Positions 27,754 through 37,569 of a stretch of 41,961 bases of DNA are shown piece after piece. A program made the position numbers and the translations under genes. The stretch lies in the IMG/VR virus record IMGVR_UViG_2695420685_000011; one strand, given 5' to 3'. Source of the DNA: a virus. Lineage: Duplodnaviria; Heunggongvirae; Uroviricota; Caudoviricetes. Below the pieces are notes generated by a model that saw nothing but the letters and a program-made list of their open reading frames with translations, did not search any database and was not told the DNA's origin. The number at the start of each line of letters is the position of its first letter. Positions within the stretch are counted from its first letter, which is position 1.

Positions 27754-30700
27754 TCATTTGCTAATAGTCTCCGCTACCTCTGCAAGAATTGCTTCCAGCT
27801 TTTCGCCTTCCTCTGGGCGAAAGTACAAAATATTCGGGTTAAATCCGTAGAAAACAGTCACATCCAGCTCCGGCAGATACTCTTTGCGTCCAACCAGGTC
27901 GGATGGTTTGCTCTTGTTGTTGAAGAGCGATGTCGCCCGGCTGCCACACGTCAGCACATAGGTTGGACGCACCAGATTGATCTCTTCACGCATAAAGTCG
28001 GTGAACTGGCCGATCTCGTCTTTGGTGTAGTCTTTTTCTTTGTCTTTAACCTTCTTGCAAACGCCTGTGACATAGAGATCGCCCATGCGTAAATCTCCAG
28101 CCGTCAATAGCTTGGCCTTAAAATCGTCGTATCCGTTCTCCATAAAGTAACCGGTTCGAGCATCATTGCCGTTCGCATTGTCCAGAATGATCATGATTTT
28201 CGGCTTAATACCAATGCTGGGGCGGATTAGTTCATCACCTAAGCCCATTTCAGCCGCCATCCGTGTCATGAGCACGTTAATCTCAGCCGAACGTTTGGGG
28301 TTCATCTCAAACGGACGTGAGGCTTTAACTGCGTCTATGACAAGGTTTCCCATCAATTCAGCCTGGTCGCGTAGGCGCTCTGGATCAGTTGCTGGCAGAC
28401 TACCTGGCTCGATGGATGCAAACGCCCCTACTTTTTGCAGCGATTCGCGCACTCGACTATTACAGGCACGTTTCTCGACAGCTTCTTCGAATTGCGCCAG
28501 TGACTCGAATTTGCCGCCAACTTTTTCTCGCGCTCTCATGATGGCTTGGCAGCCATTCTCAGAACACCCCTTCACAGCAGAGAAGGGCGCATACAGCACC
28601 TGGCTGCCATCTTCAAGCGTGCGGATCTCGATTCGGTTGGATGACACGTTAACGTCTGGTGGCAATACGCGAATACCATAGGTCAGCGCATCTTTAACCA
28701 GCCCCTGGTGTTTATCTTCGCCAAGAATAGTGAGAGCAGCAGCGAAAAACTCTGCGGGATAATGAGTTTTCAACCACATAGATTGATAACTGATCAAGGA
28801 GTAAGCAACAGAGTGTGATTTGTTGAACTGGTAGGCACCATTTTTTTCGAATGCGGTCCAGATCTCCTTCGCTTTCATCTCTGATAGCCCTGGGTGTGAC
28901 GCTGTCACGCGTACTGCGTTTATAGGTAGTTTTGCGCCGTGTTCAAGCGCCTCTTCGACAGTTTTCAGTGTTCCGTCTTCGCATTTAAAATGTTCCGCAC
29001 GGTGAATGCGCTGTGTAGTGCCATCTTCCAGCTCAACGTCTATCCAGCCAGCTTGAGCCTGAACGATGAACTTCTCACCCATGCTCTTCATTTTCTCCAT
29101 GTCTTTTTTGCCGATCGCTTTACGAACGCCGTCAGCTTCAGCCATTGTGAAGCCCGCAAGCAATCGAGTCGCGTTCATCGTCTGTTCCTGATAAAGAATC
29201 ACGCCATTTGTTTCTGCGGTAAGTTCATCAAGAACGGGGTGTAATGATTCCGGCGTCATAAAGCCTTTGGCGACAGAAACATAATCATCCAACATGCCTG
29301 ACTGAATTGGCCCCGGCCGGAAGAGCGCAGTCGTAGCAACGACCGTTTTAAAGCTCATTGGCTCAATTCCACCACCTAAATCTTTAAGCAGCTTGCGCAT
29401 TGGGCCTGATTCAAGCTGGAAAACACCTTGAGTGTACCCAGCAGCAAAACCATCCAGCACCTTGCGATCTTCAAGAGAAATGGCATCAAGATTGATATCC
29501 TCACCTGTGTTCTCTTTAATGTAGCGTTTTGCACTATCGAGCAAATCGAGAGTCGCCAGGCCAAGTACGTCCAGCTTAATTAGGCCCATAGCCTCGCAGT
29601 AACGCTTGTCAAATGCGATACAACGCGCGTCACCACGTCGTTCAACCGGTGTTCGTTCTGTCAGAGGAACACCTGCTACGATCATCCCTGCCGCATGTCT
29701 ACCATAGCCACGCATAAGGCTTTGTAACTTGCAGGCTGCATTGAATGCATCAGGATATTTTGTCGCGTATTTGTCGAGGCTTACCAGTTGTTCGCGCAGC
29801 TCTTCCAATGGAAGGCTATCATCCTCGACGTTCTTCAGTTCTTTTGATACCGCCATATCTGCGGACTCCACACCATAAATACGAGCGGTGTCACGTAGTG
29901 CAGAGGCCGCGCCCAGGTAGGTGAAGTTCGGAATGCCTGCAACGTAATCTTCGCCGTAGCGTTCATTCAGATACTCGATCACCTCATGGCGACGTGCCTG
30001 GCTGAAGTCCAAGTCCGCATCTGGCAAGTCGAGACGCTCAGGGTTGATGAAACGTTCAAACAGAAGACCGTGACGGATAGGGTCGACGTTGGTTATGCCT
30101 ATGCACCATGCCACCAAAGAGCCAGCGGAGGAACCACGACCAGGCCCGACAGGAATGCCAGTTTCACGGCTGTGATTCATCAGATCGCGTACCATCAGGA
30201 AGTAACCACAAAATCCCAGGCGAGTAAGCGTGTCCATTTCGTACTTAAGTCGCTCAACATAAACCCTGTTCTCAGAAGCCGGTGGTGTGTAGCCAAACTC
30301 TTTTGTGGTAAGACGTTTACGCAGCCCAGCAACGGCCAGTTTCATCAGCGTTGCAGGCTCGTCGTCTGCCATCTTTGGCAGTGCTGGTGGCAATTCATGC
30401 CAGCGCCATGTGCAGGCATCGATAATGGTATCCTGCGTTGTTGAGGCCATTGCAGCTGTTACCGGCACATCCATGCGAACGGAGAAGGCTTTCAGCGCCT
30501 CAAGGAGATGGCGGCGACCATTGACGGCGTTATCTCGCTGGTGGGGGATACGCAGACGATGCGGCTGGTCGATTTTGATGTTGTTCGTAACCATGTGCGC
30601 AATGTCTTTAATGTCTGCATCGTCGATCGATTCGTAATAAGCGGGATAGAACGCTACTGGCTCTATTTTCAGTGCGCTGGCGACTTTCATCGCCCGGACG

Positions 30701-31272
30701 TTAATCTGGTCGTAGAATGGGGTAGGGTGCGGATAAACCACACTATAGAAGTTGTCTTTTCCACCCGCTGTAATCAGTGAGCTTATGATTTTTGCAAAAT
30801 CGTTGCGTTGGAACACGCTACCGATGTCGGCAGTGAGCAGGATGATGTTGCCTTTGGCATATGTAGAAACCAACTGTTCGAGCGAGAGACGCGGTACAAA
30901 GTAGAACTGTTCTCGTGTGTTGGCCGCCGTCATTAGTTCGCAGATGTCTCGATATCCCTGCTCATTTTTAATTAGAGCGGTAAAGGAGTAGTTCCGCCCA
31001 CGCTCTAATGATTCCATACATCCCATAGACTCTTTAGCAAGTTTAGCCCGGTGCTCGTATGTGGGATCATCAACAATGTTTAGTTTCACACCACAAATAA
31101 CCGCCATGTCGTCACCAGCGGCACGTTGTAGTGGAATAACACTCGCAATATTCATGCTATCTGCCGAAATTACAGCGGTGTAGCCAGCTTCTCTGGCAAT
31201 CTTCACCGCGTTTTCTGCTTTTAGAGCCGACTCCCCAAGAGAGAAGTCAGTTCGAACCATCAGAGCCTTCAT
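27754..31272 (-). CDS. dnaE: DNA polymerase III alpha subunit (DnaE-like, with N-terminal PHP domain)
   Basis: 1172 aa; PHP-domain N-terminus and collinear DnaE-like core; AAAGGTAAAAACAC leader. Confidence 0.92.
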   Translation of the reverse strand: MKALMVRTDFSLGESALKAENAVKIAREAGYTAVISADSMNIASVIPLQRAAGDDMAVICGVKLNIVDDPTYEHRAKLAKESMGCMESLERGRNYSFTALIKNEQGYRDICELMTAANTREQFYFVPRLSLEQLVSTYAKGNIILLTADIGSVFQRNDFAKIISSLITAGGKDNFYSVVYPHPTPFYDQINVRAMKVASALKIEPVAFYPAYYESIDDADIKDIAHMVTNNIKIDQPHRLRIPHQRDNAVNGRRHLLEALKAFSVRMDVPVTAAMASTTQDTIIDACTWRWHELPPALPKMADDEPATLMKLAVAGLRKRLTTKEFGYTPPASENRVYVERLKYEMDTLTRLGFCGYFLMVRDLMNHSRETGIPVGPGRGSSAGSLVAWCIGITNVDPIRHGLLFERFINPERLDLPDADLDFSQARRHEVIEYLNERYGEDYVAGIPNFTYLGAASALRDTARIYGVESADMAVSKELKNVEDDSLPLEELREQLVSLDKYATKYPDAFNAACKLQSLMRGYGRHAAGMIVAGVPLTERTPVERRGDARCIAFDKRYCEAMGLIKLDVLGLATLDLLDSAKRYIKENTGEDINLDAISLEDRKVLDGFAAGYTQGVFQLESGPMRKLLKDLGGGIEPMSFKTVVATTALFRPGPIQSGMLDDYVSVAKGFMTPESLHPVLDELTAETNGVILYQEQTMNATRLLAGFTMAEADGVRKAIGKKDMEKMKSMGEKFIVQAQAGWIDVELEDGTTQRIHRAEHFKCEDGTLKTVEEALEHGAKLPINAVRVTASHPGLSEMKAKEIWTAFEKNGAYQFNKSHSVAYSLISYQSMWLKTHYPAEFFAAALTILGEDKHQGLVKDALTYGIRVLPPDVNVSSNRIEIRTLEDGSQVLYAPFSAVKGCSENGCQAIMRAREKVGGKFESLAQFEEAVEKRACNSRVRESLQKVGAFASIEPGSLPATDPERLRDQAELMGNLVIDAVKASRPFEMNPKRSAEINVLMTRMAAEMGLGDELIRPSIGIKPKIMIILDNANGNDARTGYFMENGYDDFKAKLLTAGDLRMGDLYVTGVCKKVKDKEKDYTKDEIGQFTDFMREEINLVRPTYVLTCGSRATSLFNNKSKPSDLVGRKEYLPELDVTVFYGFNPNILYFRPEEGEKLEAILAEVAETISK

Positions 31273-31452
31273 GTGTTTTTACCTTTCTGGTTTTTTTGAT
31301 TTTGTCATTGGGGAAGCCTACGAACTTCCCATACATCGAAATCGCAACTTCTTTTGCTGATTGGTGACAATCGGGCTTGTCTGGACACACCAGGCAAGCC
31401 TTGCCAGTTTCAGAAGCAGCGATAAGAGAGCCGAAACATCCTTTACGCACGA

Positions 31453-32688
31453 TTAACCAAATATTTTTTGAACAACTTCACGTGCCGCTTGCGCAGAAGC
31501 TGAAGGGAGTTTGTTAATGAAAGAACGCTCAATACCTGTCACAAAGTCGCCTCGCATCATTCCAATCTTGGCCGACAACAAAAGTTCACGAGGGCCAATC
31601 GGCTGACTGATCAGGTGTTCTTCGTATCCATCGCGAACGATACCGGCAAACTTAACCATCTTTTCAGCGTATTCATCCACGATGCCAGCATTTATCAACA
31701 TGCTGATCTCTGCCTCTTTGCTCATGTATTTCACATTCGAAACGATGCCAAAACGCGAAAAGTTAGCGGCGTTCTGGATGTTTGTACCCTGGTACAAGCC
31801 GGTTTCATCACCAGATCCGTTCGTGTTGCCAGTGCCAATGAAAGCAAACCGTTCATGCGGAGTAATGCGACGCCATTCTGGAGTCGCCTCTTTGATGACC
31901 AACGCTTCACCTTCCAGCACTGGCTGATACACGCCAAGAATCTGTGGAAACGCAAAGTCGTATTCATCCGCGAGGTAAACCCAGCCATGCTTCATTGCGA
32001 GCGCAAGCAAGCCAGGCTCGAAATACGTAGAGCCATCACGCGCCAGAATTTGTCCCGTAACATGAGCCTCTTCCATTGATGCTGTATGTTGGGCACGGAT
32101 TAACGGACGATTGAGCAAAGCACATAGTTGTGTAGGCAATGAAGATTTGCCTGTTCCTGCATGACCCCACAAATAGCCTGGTATGCCAAGTTCAAGCATC
32201 ATGAAAATGTCTTTGATCAGTTCGAAGTCGCCATATACGTATCCCTTCTTCACTTCTGGAACGAACTCTGGAAACGGCGTATTGACGTTGACGCTAACCA
32301 TGAGCGGCGTCCCACGTTTTGTTCCGAGTTCTTTCACCGTTACATTTAGCAGTTCGTGAGCTGCGACCAGATCTGTCTTGTACTCAACTGTGCCTGTATA
32401 GCCTGGGCTATTGGTCACGCCAGATGATTTGGCCATTTCGCTTTTTTGCTCGGCACGTTTAGCTTGAATTGCATCAAGTGCCTTTTTCGATAGCGTTGGC
32501 TCATCTGGAAACTGCGTTGTGTACATTTTCAGTACGGTGTCAGGATCGGCATCTTTTACTGACTCAGGAATGCCCTCGCAATTACCATTGGCTACATGGG
32601 ACTTAAAATAGTGAAATGATTTTCCGCACCACTTGCAAACAAGGTAATCAGAAGGATTTTTTTCATTTTGCAGTGCAGTAGTAGTCAT
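31453..32688 (-). CDS. cobS: MoxR-type AAA+ ATPase, CobS-like
   Basis: Walker A GHAGTGKSS and Walker B VYLADEYD; N-terminal CxxC; paired with the downstream vWA protein. Confidence 0.8.
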   Translation of the reverse strand: MTTTALQNEKNPSDYLVCKWCGKSFHYFKSHVANGNCEGIPESVKDADPDTVLKMYTTQFPDEPTLSKKALDAIQAKRAEQKSEMAKSSGVTNSPGYTGTVEYKTDLVAAHELLNVTVKELGTKRGTPLMVSVNVNTPFPEFVPEVKKGYVYGDFELIKDIFMMLELGIPGYLWGHAGTGKSSLPTQLCALLNRPLIRAQHTASMEEAHVTGQILARDGSTYFEPGLLALAMKHGWVYLADEYDFAFPQILGVYQPVLEGEALVIKEATPEWRRITPHERFAFIGTGNTNGSGDETGLYQGTNIQNAANFSRFGIVSNVKYMSKEAEISMLINAGIVDEYAEKMVKFAGIVRDGYEEHLISQPIGPRELLLSAKIGMMRGDFVTGIERSFINKLPSASAQAAREVVQKIFG

Positions 32689-32783
32689 GCGTTTTTCCTT
32701 TGTTTTCTAATGAGCTTTCAACTTCTTATATAAATATACCATCAAATATCGTAAGTGATTACTTATCATTAAGGCTATTCTAA

Positions 32784-34892
32784 TCACTTCAAAATGATAC
32801 GAGATAGTTCAGTAACTACAGATGAACCAAGACTATCAACGCTCGTTACTAGGGCATGGTTTGCGTAAAATCTCTCCGGTGCGTCAGTCATGATGCCAAT
32901 TGCCATCAAATCAATGTCAGTCTGCGTTTCAATTTGCTTCGCAACCGAACGCAAATGAGCGTCAAAACCTCTCCCAACAGCCCACGGCGCGCCATCGCTT
33001 AGAACAAGCATGATCTTCTTGTCCTCCATGCGACCAGAAAATAACGATGCAAGGCTGGCTATGCTTTCACCATCCACGTTATTAAGAAGTGGGAATGTGT
33101 AGCCTACGCACCCCATACGTGAGCGAACTTCGCGAGAATTTGCCTTTTCATTCCAATTTTTGATGATAGGTAGCATTAAAGATTCAAAGCGAGAGAACTC
33201 ATACTTGATTGCCTTAAGCTCTCCTGCTGCCATATGACTACCAAATGTTGTGAAGCCGGTGATAATGTTGGGAACATTTATTCGATCAAGCGCATCGGCG
33301 ATGGTATATGCACTTGCAAGAGCCAGTTTAATCGTTTCGCCGCTCATTGAACCTGATAAATCAATCACTTGTTGAACACAGGCGTTAACGGCCTTAGATT
33401 CTTCTTTTTTACGAAACACGCGATCATCATTCATTGCTAATCTGTAGATACTAGAACCATGAATGCGCCCCCGACGCTGGCCCGGTATAAACTGAACTCT
33501 GTTTCTGCTTGCAATTGCACGCTCCAGGTCTTTTGCCAGCGTCGACGAAACACCTGACGAAAGATGCTTTTCAATATATTTGTCGAAGAGTTGGTTGCCT
33601 TCAGGAACGATGCGATAACGGCTGATTGGATATCCACCTAAATCAATATCGGAGAATGTTTTAATAAGCCGTTTGATATGGGCTTCTGCCTGATCAATCG
33701 AACCGATGAAGTCGTATGAGCGATTGTATGGCCTGTATTCGCTTTTCGAGCTTTCTGTTAACTCGCTTTTAATCGTTTCGGATAGTGCATCTTCTGTCAT
33801 GCCTCCGACTTCATCTTCCATGCTATCAAGCTCCTCTAAAGCCTCTTCCAGACTCATTTTGGACGGAGTGGGAATGTCTGAAGAGCCGTCTTCTGCCGTT
33901 TTTCTTTTTTCGTGATCCGAGGTAGTTGCTTCTGTCGTCGCGCTATTGGAAGTATCAGAATCTAATACCTCTTTATCATTTTTTGTATCATCGAATATTG
34001 TTTCTGATGATTCAGAATTATCTGAATCATCACTATCGTTATCATCATGTATGTACTTACCGTGTGACCCATCATCTATAGATATGTGGTTATCTAGCAT
34101 CTCATGTGTCTTGTGATCTTCATTGTCTTCATTACTTTCTCCAGAGGAATCCGCTTGGTCAGCGTCTGAAGGATCGGGAGTTTTTCCCGGAGCTGACTCC
34201 TTACCTTTGCTTTCACTTTCTGTGTCTTTGAGGATCTTAGCTATGGTCGCAGCCACCTTTAAACAATCCTCGGTGCAAGACATGTTACGCACGGCCACAT
34301 CGATACCATGTTCTTTTAATAATGAAATTGGTTTCTCAATGACAGGCCAGTATTCATCCATGAAATCTACGAACGGTGCTTGGCCATCCCAGGCTCTTAC
34401 AACCGGACAGAGAAAGAAGTTTAGAAAAAGCGCGCGCTGATCTTTGCCACAATAAGTAATAGCCTCTGAAGCCTTTGGTTTAAAGACTTTTTCGATTATC
34501 AGGCGCTGAGTTGCCATCAGATTACGTCTTGTTCCGTTAAAGACCTGCCCCATTTTTCGCTCGATGAACACGTCTTCTAAGGCATTCCATAGTGACCAGG
34601 AAGGGACGTGTCCTTTTTCTCTCATTTTGTTGGACACATGAATATCGGTAAACAAAATGTGAGCAACTTCATGATCTAGAAATCCGCGTACTGCATTCAT
34701 CAATGCCGGTGTTGCGTTATCTGGGATTGATGGGATGTTTACGAGAATTGGCTCTCCATCATCGTTATAGCGTACATAAGCGTCGTCCCCTCGTTCTGCA
34801 ACAGGGATGTTTTTACCTGAAAGGAGAGCGACTACTCGTTTTACACTGTCACGGAAGTCCTGAACCTCTTTGATGGAACGTTTTTTGGACAT
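32784..34892 (-). CDS. cobT: vWA-domain protein, CobT-like, with long acidic linker
   Basis: C-terminal von Willebrand A domain with MIDAS motif DLSGSMSG; central D/E/S-rich low-complexity region. Confidence 0.8.
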   Translation of the reverse strand: MSKKRSIKEVQDFRDSVKRVVALLSGKNIPVAERGDDAYVRYNDDGEPILVNIPSIPDNATPALMNAVRGFLDHEVAHILFTDIHVSNKMREKGHVPSWSLWNALEDVFIERKMGQVFNGTRRNLMATQRLIIEKVFKPKASEAITYCGKDQRALFLNFFLCPVVRAWDGQAPFVDFMDEYWPVIEKPISLLKEHGIDVAVRNMSCTEDCLKVAATIAKILKDTESESKGKESAPGKTPDPSDADQADSSGESNEDNEDHKTHEMLDNHISIDDGSHGKYIHDDNDSDDSDNSESSETIFDDTKNDKEVLDSDTSNSATTEATTSDHEKRKTAEDGSSDIPTPSKMSLEEALEELDSMEDEVGGMTEDALSETIKSELTESSKSEYRPYNRSYDFIGSIDQAEAHIKRLIKTFSDIDLGGYPISRYRIVPEGNQLFDKYIEKHLSSGVSSTLAKDLERAIASRNRVQFIPGQRRGRIHGSSIYRLAMNDDRVFRKKEESKAVNACVQQVIDLSGSMSGETIKLALASAYTIADALDRINVPNIITGFTTFGSHMAAGELKAIKYEFSRFESLMLPIIKNWNEKANSREVRSRMGCVGYTFPLLNNVDGESIASLASLFSGRMEDKKIMLVLSDGAPWAVGRGFDAHLRSVAKQIETQTDIDLMAIGIMTDAPERFYANHALVTSVDSLGSSVVTELSRIILK

Positions 34893-34990
34893 GGCTAATC
34901 CTTTGTTATGAAAACAAATTATTTACTAGTGTGTTTAATGTAGCACTGCGCGAACAGGGAACTAAGCCATTCGCGCAGGTAGAAGAGGGA

Positions 34991-35203
34991 TTAACAGGTT
35001 CTGACGGCTAAAGACCCGGAGCCGGTATTGATAAGCGTGAAGCGTTTGTTGTTAAGTTCGAATATAAAGCCAGTTGTGTCATTCACACCAACCTCAATCT
35101 GCTCATTCGGTAGCTCGGTGAGGATGTCAGCTACACACTCATCAGCTAATTTTTGTACGTGTCCGATCTCAAGAGCTATTAGGCTGGAAATAGTGGTGTT
35201 CAT
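34991..35203 (-). CDS. hypothetical small protein
   Basis: ORF from track, 70 aa, no motifs. Confidence 0.4.
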   Translation of the reverse strand: MNTTISSLIALEIGHVQKLADECVADILTELPNEQIEVGVNDTTGFIFELNNKRFTLINTGSGSLAVRTC

Positions 35204-35454
35204 TCAATCAATCCATTCTTACTTATACTATTGTAAGGAATACTACTAAAATTTATATCAATACTGAATACATCCATATTAGATGCAAGTTAATTTTCTT
35301 ACCTATTTGGGGCTAGTTTTTCACCATGCATTGGTCTTCGTCCGGTCTTTAAAGTGCCTGCCGAAAAAAATGATAATAGCTTTACAACCCTAACCTTTGA
35401 TGTAATATCGGTAAGCACTTACCAGAGAGAATTGAACGCGCAAAGGTTGTAACA

Positions 35455-35841
35455 ATGTCTGACAACAAGATTGAATTTATAGAAAGTCGCTACGCTGCTT
35501 TTATCGCAGGGTTGATTGAATCCTCACCTATGAGCCAGGCCCAGATAGCCAAAACAATTGGGTATAAAAACGCCAACAACCTTTCTTTAATTAAAAGCGG
35601 CAAAATTCCTTTGCCTATCGATAAGGTTCGTCCGCTGGCGCTGGCACTGGGTATTGAGCCAAGTCGTCTTATGATGATGGTGCTGGAAGAACGCCAACCC
35701 GAACTCGCAGCATTTTTATTCAAAGAAGGCACTGCTCCTCTTAACGAGGACGAAAAACAGGTTCTTGCTGCATATAACGAGCGATTCGGTAAAGAGAAAG
35801 GCGCATCACAAAAGGTTGTTGAGGCCATAAAGTCTCTATGA
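35455..35841 (+). CDS. XRE-family helix-turn-helix DNA-binding protein
   Basis: HTH SQAQIAKTIGYKNANNLSLIKSGK; AAAGG SD; 3' end overlaps the convergent recombinase gene. Confidence 0.7.
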   Translation: MSDNKIEFIESRYAAFIAGLIESSPMSQAQIAKTIGYKNANNLSLIKSGKIPLPIDKVRPLALALGIEPSRLMMMVLEERQPELAAFLFKEGTAPLNEDEKQVLAAYNERFGKEKGASQKVVEAIKSL

Positions 35842-36939
35842 AAAATTTACACGAATAAGCTCTGTCGATAGACGATCTCCCTTGAATTTGTGGTCAATTT
35901 CGTCTAAATCCGGTTGCTCTACGATTGATGCGATGTACGTCGAGAAACTTTCTAAGGCGTCTCGCATCTCGTCCATATAATCGTGCCGGTCGTAGACCCG
36001 ATCTATCCCCTCAAGACTGTGGTTCATGATTTTACGTGATACCTCCTGGCTTATGCCTAATGCTGGGAAGTAACTACGCGCAGTACGACGCAAATCTCGT
36101 GGTGTAAATGGCTCAAGCTCCATCAGTTCTGGTCGTTCCAGGATACGGCGTAATGCCTGGGCTATTGCCACTTTAGACATCGGAAGATCTTTCCCGATTT
36201 TTTTATTCGAAGGCACAAGCCACTGGCTGCCTTTACCATATTCGAATAACTCTTCAATGCATGTGCGCATTAATGTGCTTAAAGGCAGAGAATGCTCACG
36301 GGCTGATTTGTTTCTCTTGCCTTGATTCCAAACCCCACGCTGGAGGTTGAACTCACTTTTTTTAGCCCGCAGTACTTCGTCAGGTCGTCTTGCGGATACA
36401 AGACATAGCCTGGCCGCCCATTTTGTACCAGCACACACATTGAAGTAGTCCCATATATTCCAGAACACCCATACCTCTGCGTCGGTTAGCTTCCGCTCGC
36501 GAGGTGTGGGCTTTGCGCCACCGGCAACTTTGTTAAGTGACATATCGTTTAACGGTGACACGTCGATCATCCCCTGGAAGGCGCACCAGCTGAGGAACTG
36601 CTTCATCAGAGAGAAAACGCGGCGACCCATAACAATTTTGCCATCCAGTATTAGTGGGTTGACCAGTTGGTTCACCATGAACCTATTAATATCACTTACT
36701 TTTACATCGGCAATGTGCGGCAAAACATGTATCAAAATACAATGAACAGCGATCTCTGGCCGACGTCTTGTTATCAGCAGAGATAAGCGAGTGAATAACA
36801 TGAATGCGTCCGAGAATCTCATGTCATTGCTGACCTGGGAGATCATAACGGCCTGCATTTGAGATGCTCTTTCGAGATACTCAATCGCCTCTTTTGAGGT
36901 GTTCTCCGCAGCGCGTGCTCTGTCAAAGCTATTTTTCAT
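35836..36939 (-). CDS. int: tyrosine-type site-specific recombinase (phage integrase family)
   Basis: C-terminal catalytic region DLRRTARS..NHSLEGIDRVYDRHDY (R...H..R...H...Y pattern). Confidence 0.85.
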   Translation of the reverse strand: MKNSFDRARAAENTSKEAIEYLERASQMQAVMISQVSNDMRFSDAFMLFTRLSLLITRRRPEIAVHCILIHVLPHIADVKVSDINRFMVNQLVNPLILDGKIVMGRRVFSLMKQFLSWCAFQGMIDVSPLNDMSLNKVAGGAKPTPRERKLTDAEVWVFWNIWDYFNVCAGTKWAARLCLVSARRPDEVLRAKKSEFNLQRGVWNQGKRNKSAREHSLPLSTLMRTCIEELFEYGKGSQWLVPSNKKIGKDLPMSKVAIAQALRRILERPELMELEPFTPRDLRRTARSYFPALGISQEVSRKIMNHSLEGIDRVYDRHDYMDEMRDALESFSTYIASIVEQPDLDEIDHKFKGDRLSTELIRVNFS

Positions 36940-37034
36940 ATGACAATCACCGAGTTACGCCGATGCACTGTATAAGTAAACAGTATATTAGGCATAGATT
37001 CTTATAGGATCAAGAGTAAAAGTAACTCATTTTC

Positions 37035-37067
37035 AGTAATGATTCCATACATAGTAGGTATGGAATC
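37035..37067. other. lox-like palindromic site (13-bp inverted arms, 7-bp spacer)
   Basis: AATGATTCCATAC-ATAGTAG-GTATGGAATCATT, perfect inverted arms, 96 bp upstream of the recombinase start. Confidence 0.5.
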
Positions 37068-37149
37068 ATTTAGACGTTGTTTTTTGAATTTTAAGGGAAA
37101 CAGGAGTGAGTTTGGTGGGAATAAAAACGGCTCCTGTGAGCCGTTTAAA

Positions 37150-37395
37150 TCAGAGGGTGCTGACGTATGCAGCCAGTTCTGTGTATCCGCCAATCGGTTG
37201 GCCATCGATCAGTACCTGGGGGATAGTCTCTACCGGTTTACCAACAATTTCACTAAGTTTTTCCTTGTCGATACCGGCAGTGGTGATGTCGATGTACTCA
37301 TAATCACCGTAGCCATGTCCCTTTAGTTGCTTCGCCAGCTCGACCGCACGTTTGCAGTATGAGCAGTTATCTCGTCCGTAGATAGTGATCGTCAT
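37150..37395 (-). CDS. glutaredoxin (NrdC/NrdH-like redoxin)
   Basis: MTITIYGRDNCSYCK active-site CxxC and glutaredoxin-like C-terminus; start set to the ATG at 37395 with GAGGT SD. Confidence 0.8.
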   Translation of the reverse strand: MTITIYGRDNCSYCKRAVELAKQLKGHGYGDYEYIDITTAGIDKEKLSEIVGKPVETIPQVLIDGQPIGGYTELAAYVSTL

Positions 37396-37569
37396 TGTTA
37401 CCTCATAGAATTGATATGCAACTTTACTTACAAAGAAGATAGGTATGTGCATACTTATCATTGCAGTCTGCATTATAAAGCTATTAAAGCCTCGATCAAT
37501 CTATTAATTAAGGCATTGTTTGGTTAACATTACCCTAATATTTTATAGTTAGTAGAGTGAAATACATAC

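Noticed and set aside
31247-31450. Cys-rich 67-aa ORF between cobS and dnaE
   Set aside because: Uses a GTG start with no SD, overlaps the dnaE start by 25 nt, and the region carries the conserved dnaE leader; kept only as a possibility.
37039-37326. Plus-strand ORF (95 aa) starting inside the lox-like palindrome
   Set aside because: It runs antisense through the glutaredoxin gene and has no SD; the MIPYI/MYGII start is a by-product of the palindromic DNA motif, which recurs at two other sites.
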